From Octopus bimaculoides (taxonomy: Eukaryota): a stretch of DNA of 53,220 nucleotides. The position numbers were made by a program, and so were the translations under genes. Positions 23,144-36,404 of the stretch are shown piece by piece. The stretch is taken from the NCBI RefSeq assembly GCF_001194135.2, contig NC_068990.1:47221870-47275089 (forward strand), written 5' to 3'. Numbering within the stretch: position 1 is the stretch's first letter; each line of letters starts with the position of its first letter. Under the pieces are notes generated by a model. The model was not told the origin of the DNA. It worked only from the letters and a program-made list of their open reading frames with translations, and did no database searches.

Positions 23144-23263
23144 CACCTTGGGTCCCTTTAGCAGAGTAAATTCATCATGACATTTTGGGTCCTTTTAGCA
23201 GAGTCATCTCATCCTGGTACTTTGGGTCCCTTCATCAGAGTCAACTCATCCTGACACCTTGGA
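23144..23263. repeat. 37-bp minisatellite, about 3.2 copies
   Basis: Units at 23144-23180, 23181-23217 and 23218-23254, consensus CACCTTGGGTCCCTTTAGCAGAGTCAACTCATCCTGA. Confidence 0.9.
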
Positions 23264-23996
23264 CTATATTATCCATTGAGGTCTCTTTTAAACAAAAAAA
23301 AAATTTGATTGTTGTTGCCAACAGACCAAACAACTGCTGAGAGACCTTATTTTCTCAGCAACTCATAATGTTATGGTAGGATACTAAATTCAACTTCCAC
23401 CTCTACAATACCACTCATTTTATATTTGAGATCCTATGTTCTTACTCCCAACCATTTTCACTCTAAATCCTGTTGAGCTTAAAGTGAAAAGAAAAGACAA
23501 AAAATATAAAGGAAGTTTCAGGGAGGGTGTAAAACAAAAATAGGTTTTGGTGATGTAATAACTGTTTGGACTATTAACCTCATTTTTACTGTTTTGTATA
23601 ACACTAAATATTGAATGTTTTGATCTCCATAGTGTTTTACAGAATAAAAATGATGAGGATAACAGACTGCATTCCTATGGTACTAATAATATCTCAGCTA
23701 AAACAATCATTTTAAAATATTTTCGCCTTAACATTTTTTATATATCTTTTTTTTGTTCTTGGAACAGTGGATCTCAAAGTATATAAAACTGTAAATAATA
23801 GTGGGTAAGTATCAGGTTAAAAAACTATTTTGGATAGAAAAGGTTGAAGGCTGCCCATGGGACATGTACTCACATTTCCTGTAGACATGATGGGCAGCCT
23901 TCAACTTTTTCTATCCAAAAGGGTTTTTCAACCAAATATTTACATGCTATTATGGATAGCTTTATTTGAGATTCACTGCTCCAAAAAACAAGAATT

Positions 23997-24006
<10 letters not shown>

Positions 24007-24062
<56 letters not shown>

Positions 24063-24072
24063 NNNNNNNNNN

Positions 24073-24128
<56 letters not shown>
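24007..24128. repeat. (CT)n microsatellite containing a 10-N gap
   Basis: Directly visible. Confidence 0.95.
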
Positions 24129-24131
<3 letters not shown>

Positions 24132-24257
24132 TAATGTTTGTTTTCATGTTCAGTTATCATAAAAAACAATTTTATATTAATCTGGTGGGTTACTCTGTAC
24201 TTTTGTAGAGTATAGATTTATTATTCTTATACAAGGATGTTGTTGACACTGACTTAT

Positions 24258-25771
24258 ATCATCACCATACGTCTGGTCTCCATGCTGGCATGGGTTAGAT
24301 GGCTTAACTGGAACTGATGAGCTGGAGAGCTGCACCAGGTTCCAGTCTGATTTAGCATGGTTTATACAGCTGGATGCCCTTCCTAATGCAACCATTCTAG
24401 GTGTGTAATGTACGCTTTTACTTGCCACCAACATGAGTGCCATTTACATGACACTGGCAACATCCATGACTATGATTCACGGCTGCCATCTACATGGCAT
24501 CAGCAGCAACCATGGCTACGACTGACAGGTGCTGTTTACCTGGCACTGCTAATGACCATTATTCTTGGGTGCCATTTACATGGCACTGGCAATGACCACG
24601 ACTACAATTCACAGGTGCCAATTTACATAGCACCATCAGTGACCACAACTGTGATGCATGGGTGCCATTTACATAGCACCGGTAATGACCATGATGATTC
24701 ACAAGAGCCATTTACATGACACCAGCATGGCCACAACTATGATTTCACTTGGCCAGATGAGTCTTCTCACACACAGCATAAAACCAGAGTTCTCAGTCAA
24801 TTGTCATCACTTCCATGAGGCCCAATGTTCAAAGACTATGCTTCACCATCTCATCTCATGTCTTCCTGGGTCTGCCTCTTCCACAGAGGTTCCCTCCACA
24901 GTTAGATATTGGCACTTCTTTACACAACTGTCTTCATCCATACACATCACATGACCATACCAACACAGTCATCTCTCTAGCACACCACATTTGATACCTC
25001 TTATGCCCAACTTTTCTCTCAAGACACACTCTGTTGTACATGCACACTGACATTGCACATCTAGCGAAGCATACTAGCTTCATTTCTTTCAAGCCTACAC
25101 ATGTCCTCATTGATCACAACCCATGTTTTACTACCATGTACCATAGCTGTTCACACAGAAGTATCATTCTGAGGGAGAGTCCCTTTGTTACCAACAGAGG
25201 TAGCTCTCTGAACTTTGTTCATCCTATTCTTCTTATTCTTGCAGCTACACTCTCAGAGCATCCACCTCCACTACTGACTTGGTGACCTAGATAATGGAAC
25301 CTATCAACTACCTCTAGCTTACCCCACTGGCATTTGATGGAGTCTATTTTCTGTTTATTGTACTTGTGCACCTTCCACACACAAAAACTATTTTCCCTGT
25401 TAACCTTCATCTGATATTGCTGCACCTCTTTTGTGTCCATAACTTACACTGGGTACATTTTACCAAGTTTCTACCTATGCCTTTTCTACAGATCAAGCAG
25501 GGCTGTCTACCTGAGAGTATTTGTGATTTATCCACTTTCCTACTTATTAAGATTTTGTTTTTTGCTACATTAACTGTAAGGCCCTTTGATTTTAGACCTT
25601 GCTTCCACACCTGAAATTTCTTCTCTAGTTCTGGAAGTAATTCGGCTCTGAGAACAAGATCATCAGCGTAGAGGATCTCCCAAGGGCAACCCATCTTAAA
25701 TTCCTCTGTTATTGTCTGGAGGACTATGATGAACTGGAAGGGGCTGAGGACTGATCCTTTGTAAACCCCTA
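24258..25771 (-). mobile_element. 5'-truncated RTE-clade LINE (RT C-half, Cys-rich region, 3' UTR)
   Basis: GVYKGSVLSPFQFIIVLQTITEEFKMGCPWEILYADDLVL (RT motifs including YADD), CLICRKGIG...CTQCKLW Cys cluster, VDRFHYLG. The 3' UTR holds about 45-bp GCCATTTACATGGCACT tandem units (24435-24735) and the shared RTE tail. Confidence 0.85.
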
Positions 25772-25816
25772 TCTATCTATCTATCTATTTATACATACAT
25801 ACATACATACATACAT

Positions 25817-26663
25817 ACAATGGGTAAATTGTCACTATTTCATATTTTAATTTCATGCATGCACATCGTTTGTTTTTGATTTTGTCAGCTACACAGTATA
25901 GTAGGGTTGGTTGGGCACTGTTTGTGAGAAAAATAGTACCATGACACAATTCACTCTGCCAGAAATTTGGAAACAATATGTTGTACTGCTTGGTATTCGC
26001 GCTGCAAGCTCCAATATGAACATTTCAGTGTTTGGATGTCAATCTAAGAACAGTGCAATCTGAGGACATGTACCAAGAGTGATAAAAATCAAACATCCAG
26101 TCAACATCATGGTGTTTAGAGTGATCACTAGTGATGGTGATACTTTATGCCTCCATTCATCTTCCCACATGACCTCAGACTCAACATGAAAGCCTACATC
26201 AAGTGCCTCGAGGAAGTAGCACTGCCCTGGGTCAAGAGGGTGACTACTGGAAGACCCTATGTTTGGCAACAGGACTCCGCACCATCCACACAAGCAAGAG
26301 AACCCAGTCATGGCCGTCAGACAATTTCTGCGACGACATCACCCCCAACGTCTGGCCACCTAACTCCCCAGACTGCATCCCCCTTGATTCTTATGTATGG
26401 GGTGCAGTTAAACGAGAGACAACTAAAACTCCTTGTAAAGAAGGGGCTGAAGACAAGGATTATGGTAGCAATCACCAACCTAAACAAGGAGACCGCCCAG
26501 GAGATTCTGGAGGCTGTGTTTGAAGCTAATGGCAATTTTATTGAACAAATTTACTCTTGTATTTCAAGATACTTTTGTGTAATTTTGGTAAATATATCTG
26601 TTAAAATGAGATATTAGTGTTATTTTCATTTTTGCACAATTTAGACGACAGTTAATTCACTGC

Positions 26664-26668
<5 letters not shown>
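25817..26668 (+). mobile_element. DD37D (maT-like) transposon remnant
   Basis: MPPFIFPHDLRLNMKAYIKCLEEVALPW...WQQDSAP-HTSKRTQSW...WPPNSPDCIPLDSYVWG; D-to-D spacing 37 after correcting one 1-nt deletion. Right end ...AATTCACTGCACCCTA then (TA)n. Left end uncertain. Confidence 0.75.
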
Positions 26669-26714
<46 letters not shown>

Positions 26715-27459
26715 ACACACACACAAGCACCTTCTATTTGTTTCTCACTTAATGGCATATCTTTTCTTCGAGTCTATTCTAACTTCTGTTTTATTCAGTA
26801 TCTGAAAACCCTTTGACATTTTGAATTGAGATTCTTCTAACAAAACTGTCACTTTAGGGTTTTCAACCATTACAAACCTCATAGTATGTCAATAGTATGC
26901 AGCTCTCAGAATATTAAATCGACTATACTTTCACTACATCAAAAAAAACAAAAATCTTGCTTGCTCCCACCTCCACTTCACACTTTCTCACGTACACAGT
27001 ACATTTTGCACACCACCTTTAATCATTTATTGTTTGCCAGACATCATTCTTAACTTTTTCTCAACCTTCCTCCATAAAACTATATCTGGCATTTTTTCTC
27101 TTCGTCCATATTTTCCCTATGGGATAATATTAATCAGTTTTATTATTCATTTGTTTCTTTTTATGAGTGTCTTTCCATGCTAATCTGGAATAGATAAATA
27201 TTGTTGAAGCATTGTTTTACAGACAGATGCTCTTCTCACTAATCCTTACTTGCTTTTCAAGCAAGATTTTGGGTTTTTCTTTCCACATATCTTTGAAAAC
27301 ATATAGCTACTAGATGAATTGTTCACAGGAAAGTGACAACAGACCACAGCTTACGCAGTTTCAGAATGTAAACATTTTCTCTCTCTCTCTCTTTCTCACA
27401 TACACGCACACACAGCCATAGAAAGATCCATGCTAAATGTATCAACAAGAGAGCACATT

Positions 27460-27740
27460 CAAAATGAGATAATTCAAGAACAGAACAAAGTGGATGATGT
27501 GATCACAGTGGACTGGGAGCACAAGTTCCATAGAACCAGATTCATGTCACAAGATTCACAGACAACACCTGGACCTTGGCAGCTGCCAAGTAGTATCTAA
27601 GAGATCAGAAAAGGCCACTTGGAAAGCCTCACTGATGATGGGAAGATGATTTGGTCAAGCAATTTGGGTCGAGATGGAAAAGAATGGCACAATCAAGACA
27701 AAATTGGAAGTGCATTGCGACCAGTGGTGTGTAATAGCAA
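27460..27740 (+). mobile_element. RTE LINE ORF C-terminal remnant
   Basis: DNTWTLAAAK*YLRDQKRPLGKPH**WEDDLVKQFGSRWKRMAQSRQNWK matches the RTE C-terminal pattern W..W.PR..KR..GRP..RW.DD....G..W...AQDR..W. Confidence 0.55.
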
Positions 27741-27773
27741 CTTGTAAATTGAACGATACTGTGATATGTATAC

Positions 27774-28045
<272 letters not shown>

Positions 28046-28090
28046 TATGTGTACATACATATAAATGGGGTACTATTATTGTTATTATGT

Positions 28091-28468
28091 GGGGGCGCAA
28101 TGGCCCAGTGGTTAGGGTAGCGAACTCGCAATAATAGGTTAGCAGTTTCAAATCCCAGACTGGGTGTTGTGAGTGTTTATTGAGTGAAAACACCTAAAGC
28201 TGCATGAGGCTCTGGCAGGGGGTGGTGGCAAATCCTGCTGTACTCTTTCACCACAACTTTCTCTCACTCTTTCTTCTTGTTTGTGTTGTACTGGTATTTC
28301 AAAGGGCAAGCCTTGACACACTCTGTCATGCTGAATCTCCCTGAGAACTACATTAAGGGTACATGTGTCTGTGGAGTGCTCAGCCACTTGCACATTAATT
28401 TCATGAGCAGGCTGTTCCATTGGTTGGATCAACTGGAACCCTCGTCATCGTAACCGACAGAGTGCCAC
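28091..28468 (+). mobile_element. tRNA-headed SINE family C, apparently full length
   Basis: GGGGGCGCAATGGCCCAGTGGTTAGG (box A), GTTTCAAATCCC (box B), non-tRNA body, relatively CpG-rich. Confidence 0.7.
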
Positions 28469-29014
28469 GATGATTGGTATTATAGCAATTCATGTGCTTG
28501 TAGTAGAGTGGATTATTTTTATTACTATTATTGTATTTGTTGACTGTACCTGTCTTGTCACAGGTTTTAAGTCATGTGCATGTACCCAAGGTTTTCAAGA
28601 GGTTGTTGCAAGAGGTTGTTTCAAGAGGTTGTTGCAGGTGTGTTTGTATATCAGCCTTTGTGTGTACAGTTATATGGATTTAAATGTGTGTGTGTGTGAA
28701 TGGCAATACCACACTGTTCTGTCTTTATCAATATTTTAAAACTTTTTTGAAATGAACAACCCAGGCTTCATCTGCTAAGCTGTGTCTTTTAGTTGAATGC
28801 CATAGCTATTTCATTAGTCATTTCCTCTACTCCTCTGTTCTGTTCTTTTATGTTCTCTCTCTCTCTCTCTCTCTTCATAATACTGACCACTGACTGACTG
28901 TACATTTCTTCTTGCAGGGTGTGGTTCTACTGTAATTTTATATTTTCAACGTTTCTATTTATTATGTTTCTTGTTACTATTAATAATGGTGTACTGTTAT
29001 TCTTCTTTTTATAG

Positions 29015-29660
29015 CTATTATTATTGAGCTGGTAGAATCATTAGCACGCCAAGCAATATGCTTAGTGGCATTTTGTCTGTCCTTACATTCTGAGTTCAAA
29101 TTCCACCAAGTTTGACTTTGCCTTTCATATTTTCTGGGTTGATAAGTTAAGTACCAGTGAAACAATGGGGTTGATGTAGTCGACTCATCCCCTCCCTTAA
29201 AATGGCTTCCCTTGGGGCAAAATTTGAAATTATTATTATTATTATTATTATTATTAAAGTAGGGAGCTGGCAGAATTATTAGCACACTGGGTGGAATGCT
29301 GAGAGCATTTCATCCACCTTTATGTTCTGAATTCAAATTCTGCTGAGGTTGACCTTGCCTGGGGGTCAATGTAATCAACTAATCCCCTCTCCCAAAATTT
29401 CAGACCTTATGCCTTTAGTAGAGAGGATTATGATTATTATTAAAACCAGACACTGGCAGAATCATTAGGACAATGGGCAAAATGCTGAGTGGTATTTCGT
29501 CCATCTTTACGTTCTGTGTTCAGATTTCACTGAGATCAACTCTGCCTTTCATCCTTTTCAGATTGATAAAATAAGTACCAGTTGAACACAGGGGTCAATG
29601 TAATTGGCTTATTCCCTCCCCTGAAATTGCTGGCCTTGTGTCAAAATTTGAAATCATTAT
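29015..29660 (+). mobile_element. Tandem cluster of three SINE family B copies
   Basis: Three GCAGAAT(C/T)ATTAG heads at about 29030, 29270 and 29456, separated by (ATT)n. Confidence 0.75.
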
Positions 29661-30057
29661 TATGTTATATTTTATTATTTTATTGATATTATTATTAGTC
29701 TTGTTCTTACTATTGACACTTCATTACTCGGAATCTTTCTCTTCTCTCTCCCTTTCTCATACCATATTTGTATATGAGTGCTTATGCAAGAGTGTGTATG
29801 GGTCAACTGGAACACATTGGGTGAGGTGTGACCTTCATGGGTTTCCTACTCTCTCTCTATACTTTTATTCTATTGTAATAATCCAATAAAACTTATTTGC
29901 ATACTAGTGTATATAAGGGCTTGTATCTTTCTTTGTATTGTATTTTTGCTAATGATGCTGATGAAGTGAGCCAGATGCATTGTTTTGTAATAGGGCCTAT
30001 AGGCTTATGTAATTAAGTGACCAGTTTTCTGAAACATATGTACACATGTTTTATATA

Positions 30058-31554
30058 TCTATATATATAAAAATGAGAATGTGTGTCTGTCTGTCTGTCT
30101 GTGTGTGTGTGTGTGAATCCCTAAAACTTGAGAACTACGCAACCAATTTCATTCAAATTTTACAGATGCCTTACTTAGGGATCCAGTTGTGTTTTAGTCA
30201 AAAAAATTTTTTAACTTCTTGCAGAGTTCGAGCCCACGGCAACATAATATCTCCTCCACTATTTAAGTATTACGTGTCAAAAGTGAAACAAAAACACTCA
30301 TGTCAAATACTTTCACTTTAAAAATGAAACTATTCCACTAACTGAAACAATCACATTTCGATACTGTAATGACAGATACTTTCAGACAGAGAGAAANNNN
30401 NNNNNNNNNNNNNNNNNNNNNNNNNNNNNNNNNNNNNNNNNNNNNNNNNNNNNNNNNNNNNNNNNNNNNNNNNNNNNNNNNNNNNNNNNNNNNNNNNNNN
30501 NNNNNNNNNNNNNNNNNNNNNNNNNNNNNNNNNNNNNNNNNNNNNNNNNNNNNNNNNNNNNNNNNNNNNNNNNNNNNNNNNNNNNNNNNNNNNNNNNNNN
30601 NNNNNNNNNNNNNNNNNNNNNNNNNNNNNNNNNNNNNNNNNNNNNNNNNNNNNNNNNNNNNNNNNNNNNNNNNNNNNNNNNNNNNNNNNNNNNNNNNNNN
30701 NNNNNNNNNNNNNNNNNNNNNNNNNNNNNNNNNNNNNNNNNNNNNNNNNNNNNNNNNNNNNNNNNNNNNNNNNNNNNNNNNNNNNNNNNNNNNNNNNNNN
30801 NNNNNNNNNNNNNNNNNNNNNNNNNNNNNNNNNNNNNNNNNNNNNNNNNNNNNNNNNNNNNNNNNNNNNNNNNNNNNNNNNNNNNNNNNNNNNNNNNNNN
30901 NNNNNNNNNNNNNNNNNNNNNNNNNNNNNNNNNNNNNNNNNNNNNNNNNNNNNNNNNNNNNNNNNNNNNNNNNNNNNNNNNNNNNNNNNNNNNNNNNNNN
31001 NNNNNNNNNNNNNNNNNNNNNNNNNNNNNNNNNNNNNNNNNNNNNNNNNNNNNNNNNNNNNNNNNNNNNNNNNNNNNNNNNNNNNNNNNNNNNNNNNNNN
31101 NNNNNNNNNNNNNNNNNNNNNNNNNNNNNNNNNNNNNNNNNNNNNNNNNNNNNNNNNNNNNNNNNNNNNNNNNNNNNNNNNNNNNNNNNNNNNNNNNNNN
31201 NNNNNNNNNNNNNNNNNNNNNNNNNNNNNNNNNNNNNNNNNNNNNNNNNNNNNNNNNNNNNNNNTTCTAAGACATTTATCGATTGTAAATTTTGTCTGCA
31301 CAGTTACCTATCGGTATAGTGGTCATTTGCAAACTCCAGAGGTGACACTTTCATTTCCCTTTACTCCAAACGTCACACGTTGTTATTTCAATTGGGTCAT
31401 GTCCTTCCAATTGCTACAGATCCGTAATGCATCTTACAGCTGTGCCTGTCACCTGTATGGTGAGGAATCCTACATGTATTGAGAATGTGTGTGTGTGTGT
31501 GTCTGTCTGCCTTTGTGAATCCCTAACCCGGGCAACGCCGGGTATTTCTGCTAG
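30058..31554 (+). mobile_element. Non-autonomous Helitron spanning an 868-N gap
   Basis: A|TCTATATATATAAAAATGAGAATG start. Perfect 3' hairpin ACCCGG-GCAACG-CCGGGT (31526-31543), then CTAG|T at 31551-31555. Continuity across the gap is assumed. Confidence 0.75.
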
Positions 31555-32274
31555 TAAAGCATAAACACTAGTTACATTTTCTGTGTTCTCTTTCTATATG
31601 GCACACAAACTGCACATTAGCTTATCCAGAGTTATAGTCAAATCATATAGAGCGTATGAAGGGAGTGTGGAACTTATCTTCTTTATCCAAGCCTTTTGCT
31701 AACATGATTCACTTTCCAGGGCACTTTTTGGAATACAAATACATATATATATATGTGTGTATGCATGAAATATATGTAAAGTTTGGATTTGCAAATGAGA
31801 GAAATAGCTCTCAATATATAACACAGAGTATTCATGTTAATGATGTTAGCTAAAATGCTTTAATGATTAAACAACTTTGGCATGAAACTTTGTGGCCTTG
31901 ATTCACTGTAGTTCCTTGAGAGACAAAAATAGTTACATGCAAAACACACACAATTGATTTCTGCATAGTCTCCAGCCATCAAACTTCAAACACAAGACAT
32001 TGGGCTAAAGAAGGTTATGATACCCCCCAGGCACCAAGTCAGATTGAACTCGGAACCATGGAGTTGGAAAGACATAACTGTTGGGTTATGATTTTCTCTA
32101 CACAAACATGTAATTGTCCATTCTATACCTTATCTAAGAGATCTCCAAAATAGCCATGTGCACCACTTTATCTCCTCCTTAAACTAACAAAATAAATATT
32201 TGAGTTGTTCATTTGCATTTTATTGTTTTAGATTTTATTCTTATTTAAGTCTTTTCTTTTCTTTTTCCAAACAG

Positions 32275-32429
32275 AATTTATCGAATGGACTCCACTGAAG
32301 AACTTGTTCTATTCAGAAAGGAACTGTTGACACGCCCTCTCCTCTTGCAATGTACTATTGAGAGTGGGCCAGGTGTTGGGTGTTTCAAACATTTATCAAA
32401 TTTTGATTGTAGATTTGTGCAAAATTCAG
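32275..32429 (+). CDS. Host gene internal exon (IYRMDSTEELVLFRKELLTRPLLLQCTIESGPGVGCFKHLSNFDCRFVQNS)
   Basis: Strong acceptor cttttcttttctttttccaaacag, donor GTAATG at 32430. Phase 2 to 1, joins 19492 as CG+A (Arg). A weaker in-phase donor exists near 32372. Confidence 0.8.
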
Positions 32430-33789
32430 GTAATGCAACAAAATTCCTTTGTCTGTATGTATGTTTATGAAGGCATGTAGCGTAGTAGTTAGGATGTTGG
32501 GCTCATAATCTTAAGGTCGTGGGTTCAATTCCTGGACCAAGCAATCTGGTGTGTCCTTGACTATGGCATTTCTTTTTTTTTTTTTAATGTTACTCTAATT
32601 TATTCAAGTGGAATGAGTACCAGTCAAGCACTGATACAGCCCTTCCTCTTTCAGCTGTCACATCCATGATGTTCCACTGAGAGAATCAAGAGGGTTTCTA
32701 TGTTTGCTCACAACTACATAAATACATAACTATTTATAATACATACTCCTAGGTCATACTCGCTTTCCAGTGATGAGCATGTGTATGTTTGTTGCTGCTG
32801 CTCACCCTAGGTGAGATTCAAACAGACTAATTAACCAGAGCTTTCAAATCTTAATTATCCCTTATTTTTTTAAGACACAGTATATCTAGGACTACATTAT
32901 ATACATCGGACAACATAGTATACGGAAAATAATGCTACAGTGAGGGCCAAAAGAACTTGGACTATCATTGGTCAGATCAATACTGTTGAGAATAACTAGA
33001 GGAAGTGGTAATTATGGGAAATACCCAGGTTATTGTTATCCAATATAAACAACCAATGAGGGAGAGTGCACTACAGTGCAAGCTGTATGTAATATATGTA
33101 TATGCATGGAAGTATGTGCATATCCATGCATACCCATGTAACATGGGAGTCAATAAGCCATAAGAAATGTTTTCCATTATGGAATTCGATTTTACTAGTT
33201 TTCAGACACATAATAGTTTGGTAATACAAGGAATGTCTGCATTCATAATCTAGAGTGTGTGTGTGTGTGTGTTTGCTTGTTCATTTAAAATCTGTTTTTA
33301 TGTATTAGTATGGGTTGGAGGAAGGCATACTATTGAGTCATTGTTTTACAGTTAGTTGCCCTTTTTGTCACTAACCCATAGCTGTTTCTCAAGTAAGGAA
33401 TTTATTATATTGCACATCTTAGAAAATACAGCAAATTTTTGTCAATAAAATAACCATCAATAGTTCGACTTTTTTCATGCAAAATAAGGACTGGAAACAT
33501 ACATACACTCAAATATATATATATACATATGTACAACAAGTTTCTTATAAAAGGTTCTGTTCCAATCTTATTTGTAAAGCATTGGTTGGTTTGAAATTAC
33601 AGTAGAAGACACTCTACCAAGGTACTGCACAGTGACATAGAACTCAAGATCATATGGTAACAAAGCAAACATTGTGTCCATACTTGCATCATCCACACAC
33701 ACATACATGTAAATACATGTGTAGGTATGAATGTGCATACGAGTGACATGCTGATGATAAAAGAGGAATGAAGGGTATTGTCATCTGCT

Positions 33790-33881
33790 TAGGACATAGT
33801 TTGAAGCTTGCTTCTCAACCACATAGTTCTGGGTTCAATCCCACTGCATTGCACCTTGGGCAAGTGTCTGAAAGAAGCCTG

Positions 33882-33912
<31 letters not shown>

Positions 33913-34740
33913 NNNNNNNNNNNNNNNNNNNNNNNNNNNNNNNNNNNNNNNNNNNNNNNNNNNNNNNNNNNNNNNNNNNNNNNNNNNNNNNNNNNNNNNN
34001 NNNNNNNNNNNNNNNNNNNNNNNNNNNNNNNNNNNNNNNNNNNNNNNNNNNNNNNNNNNNNNNNNNNNNNNNNNNNNNNNNNNNNNNNNNNNNNNNNNNN
34101 NNNNNNNNNNNNNNNNNNNNNNNNNNNNNNNNNNNNNGAGGAAATGCAACTCTCAAAGCCAACCCCTTAAAAACGGACTAAATTATAAATCATGATTTCG
34201 TAGTTATTGTAGTATTATACAACTTCTACTTGTCAGTATAATATGGTCCAGAAAAATAGAAATAAACAGTGAATCAACATACCAAACAAACACCATGTAT
34301 CCAGCATAGCATATGGACGACTGTTCATCGCTATTTCCCTATGTAAGTGGCGGGAATTTCGAATTGCATCTCGGTAAATATGCCTCTTACTCAGAATAAA
34401 TTCAGCACTGAATATATTCTGGTAATATATTTAAATTCAATAATAGGACGAATTCTTTTACAAGAATTTATCAAGTAGCTAGCGTGAAAAAACCTATATA
34501 TATGTATATATCTATGTGTGTGAGTCTTTGTGTCTGTGTTTGTTCTCCCTACCACCACTCCTTGATAACCAGTGTTGGTGTGATTATGTCCCCATAACTT
34601 ATTGGTTCACCAAAAGTGACCAATAGAATAAGTACTAGGCTTAAAAAAAGATAAGCCCTGGGTTCAGTTTGCTTGATTAAAACCCTTCAAGGTGATGCTC
34701 CAGCATGGCTGCAGTCAAATGACTGAAACAAGTAAAAGTA
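33790..34740 (+). mobile_element. SINE family A split at its central (TA)n by an unidentified insert and a gap
   Basis: 5' half about 33790-33885, 3' half about 34515-34740. Confidence 0.65.
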
Positions 34741-34864
34741 TATATATAATGTGTGTGTGTGTGTGTGTGTGTGTAAGGATGGAGAGAAATAGTTGGTTTA
34801 TGTATGTATTTATGTTGATATATGTTTTGGAGGTTTTCTACATCTGAAATTTTCTCTTTTTCAG

Positions 34865-34977
34865 AGTGCTTTGTCGTTTTGTTGAACCAAATCCATCCTA
34901 AAATTTCCAGCCGTCTTTCCATGGGACTTGATCTAGCAGTGAAATATATGCGTGGCTCACAACCATTTATCCTGACA
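34865..34977 (+). CDS. Host gene internal exon (E-CFVVLLNQIHPKISSRLSMGLDLAVKYMRGSQPFILT)
   Basis: Acceptor ttttctctttttcag, donor GTAAGT at 34978. Phase 1 to 0, joins 32429 as G+AG (Glu). Confidence 0.85.
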
Positions 34978-35159
34978 GTAAGTTTTCTATTGTGTTTTAA
35001 TATTACTTGCTGCCATCTAATGTAGTTTACTTTAGTTCTGTGATTATTTTTTTGTTTGTTTTTTTAAAGACGAAACGTAATTTGAGGGTTATGTAACTGC
35101 TATATAATAGATCAAGCAACTGTATAGCAGCTCTCTTATTGACTCATTATTATTATTAT

Positions 35160-36180
35160 TGGCAGAATCGTTAGCGTGCCAGCCAAAATGCTTAGTGGCA
35201 TTTTGTCCATCTTTATGCTCTGAGTTCAAATTCTGCCGAGGTCAACTTTGCCTTTCATCTTTTTAGGGTTGATGAAATAAGTACTAGTTATGCACTGGGA
35301 TCGACATAATTGACTATCCCCCTCCCACAAAATTTCAGGCCTTTTACCCATAGTAGAAAGGATTATTATTATTATAAGATGGTGAACTGGCAGAGTTGTG
35401 TGTTGGACAAAATGCTTAGTTGTATTTCTTCTGACTCTTTGTGTTTTGAATTCAAATTCTGTCAAAGATATCTTTGAACTGAAGGAACATCATTATCATC
35501 CTCAATCATTTGACATCCATGTTTCATGCTGGCATGGGTCGGATGGTTTGACAGGATTCGATGGGCCTAAGTACTACCTCATGATCTTGTGTTTTTTTGG
35601 CATGGTTTTTATGGTTGGATGTCCTTTTTAATGCCAACCATTTTACAGCATGTACTGGGTGCTTTTCTCATGACACCAGCACTAGTGAGGTCACTTGCAA
35701 GATTATGGACAGGTTTCTTGATGTAGAGGGTCAACTGTCACTAGTAGAGGAACATTACTAATGCAAAATGCCTTGCAGTATTTAGTAATATTTTTCTTTC
35801 TGATTCTGGTTTTAAGTCTCTACTCTAAGAAATTAGTCAACCTTTTATACTAAGGCTGATAAAGTATCAGTTAAATTCTTGGACAAAATGCTAAGAGGCA
35901 TTTATTCCAACTCTTTGCACATGAGTTCAAATTCTGCCAAAGTCAGTTTTGCCTTTCAAGGTTGATAAAATAAGTTGAGCACCTAAGCCAATATAATCAA
36001 TTAACCCTCTCCTACTAAAATTGCAGGTCTTGTGCCAAAATTTGAAACCATTATTATTATTAGAAACAATATTAGCAGCTGCAGTAGTTAAGATGGCAAG
36101 CTGGCAGAATTGTTACAGCATCAAGAAAAAATGCAGAATTCATTCCATCGTTTTATGGTCAAAATTCAAATCCCACTGAG
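35160..36180 (+). mobile_element. Cluster of SINE family B copies with an intervening minus-strand RTE tail (about 35490-35700)
   Basis: Family B motifs at 35160-35470 and 35860-36180; TTTGACATCCATGTTTCATGCTGGCATGGG RTE tail between them. Confidence 0.6.
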
Positions 36181-36404
36181 ACATTCAAGCAGTGTTCTCC
36201 ATTTCCAATCTTCCATGTCTGGTCATAGGGAAATACTATCTTACTTGGAAGCAGGTAAGGGTTAGTGACAAGAAGGGCATCCAGCTATAGAAAAATCTAA
36301 CTCAACAAATTCCATCCAACTCATGCAAGTATGAAAAAGAAAAGTGAACATTAAAATGATGATGATGATGATGATGGTGTGTGTGTATTGATATGATATA
36401 TATA

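Noticed and set aside
23144-23263. 37-bp repeats as a CRISPR array
   Set aside because: The units are contiguous with no spacers, and the context is eukaryotic intron.
28091-28165. tRNA genes at SINE heads (also 4810-4880, 16677-16745, 39378-39450)
   Set aside because: Box A and B are present but acceptor stems and cloverleaves are incomplete, and each runs into a repeat body.
30351-31319. 316-aa ORFs on both strands, and the ORFs at 33768-34181
   Set aside because: They consist almost entirely of N gap translated as X.
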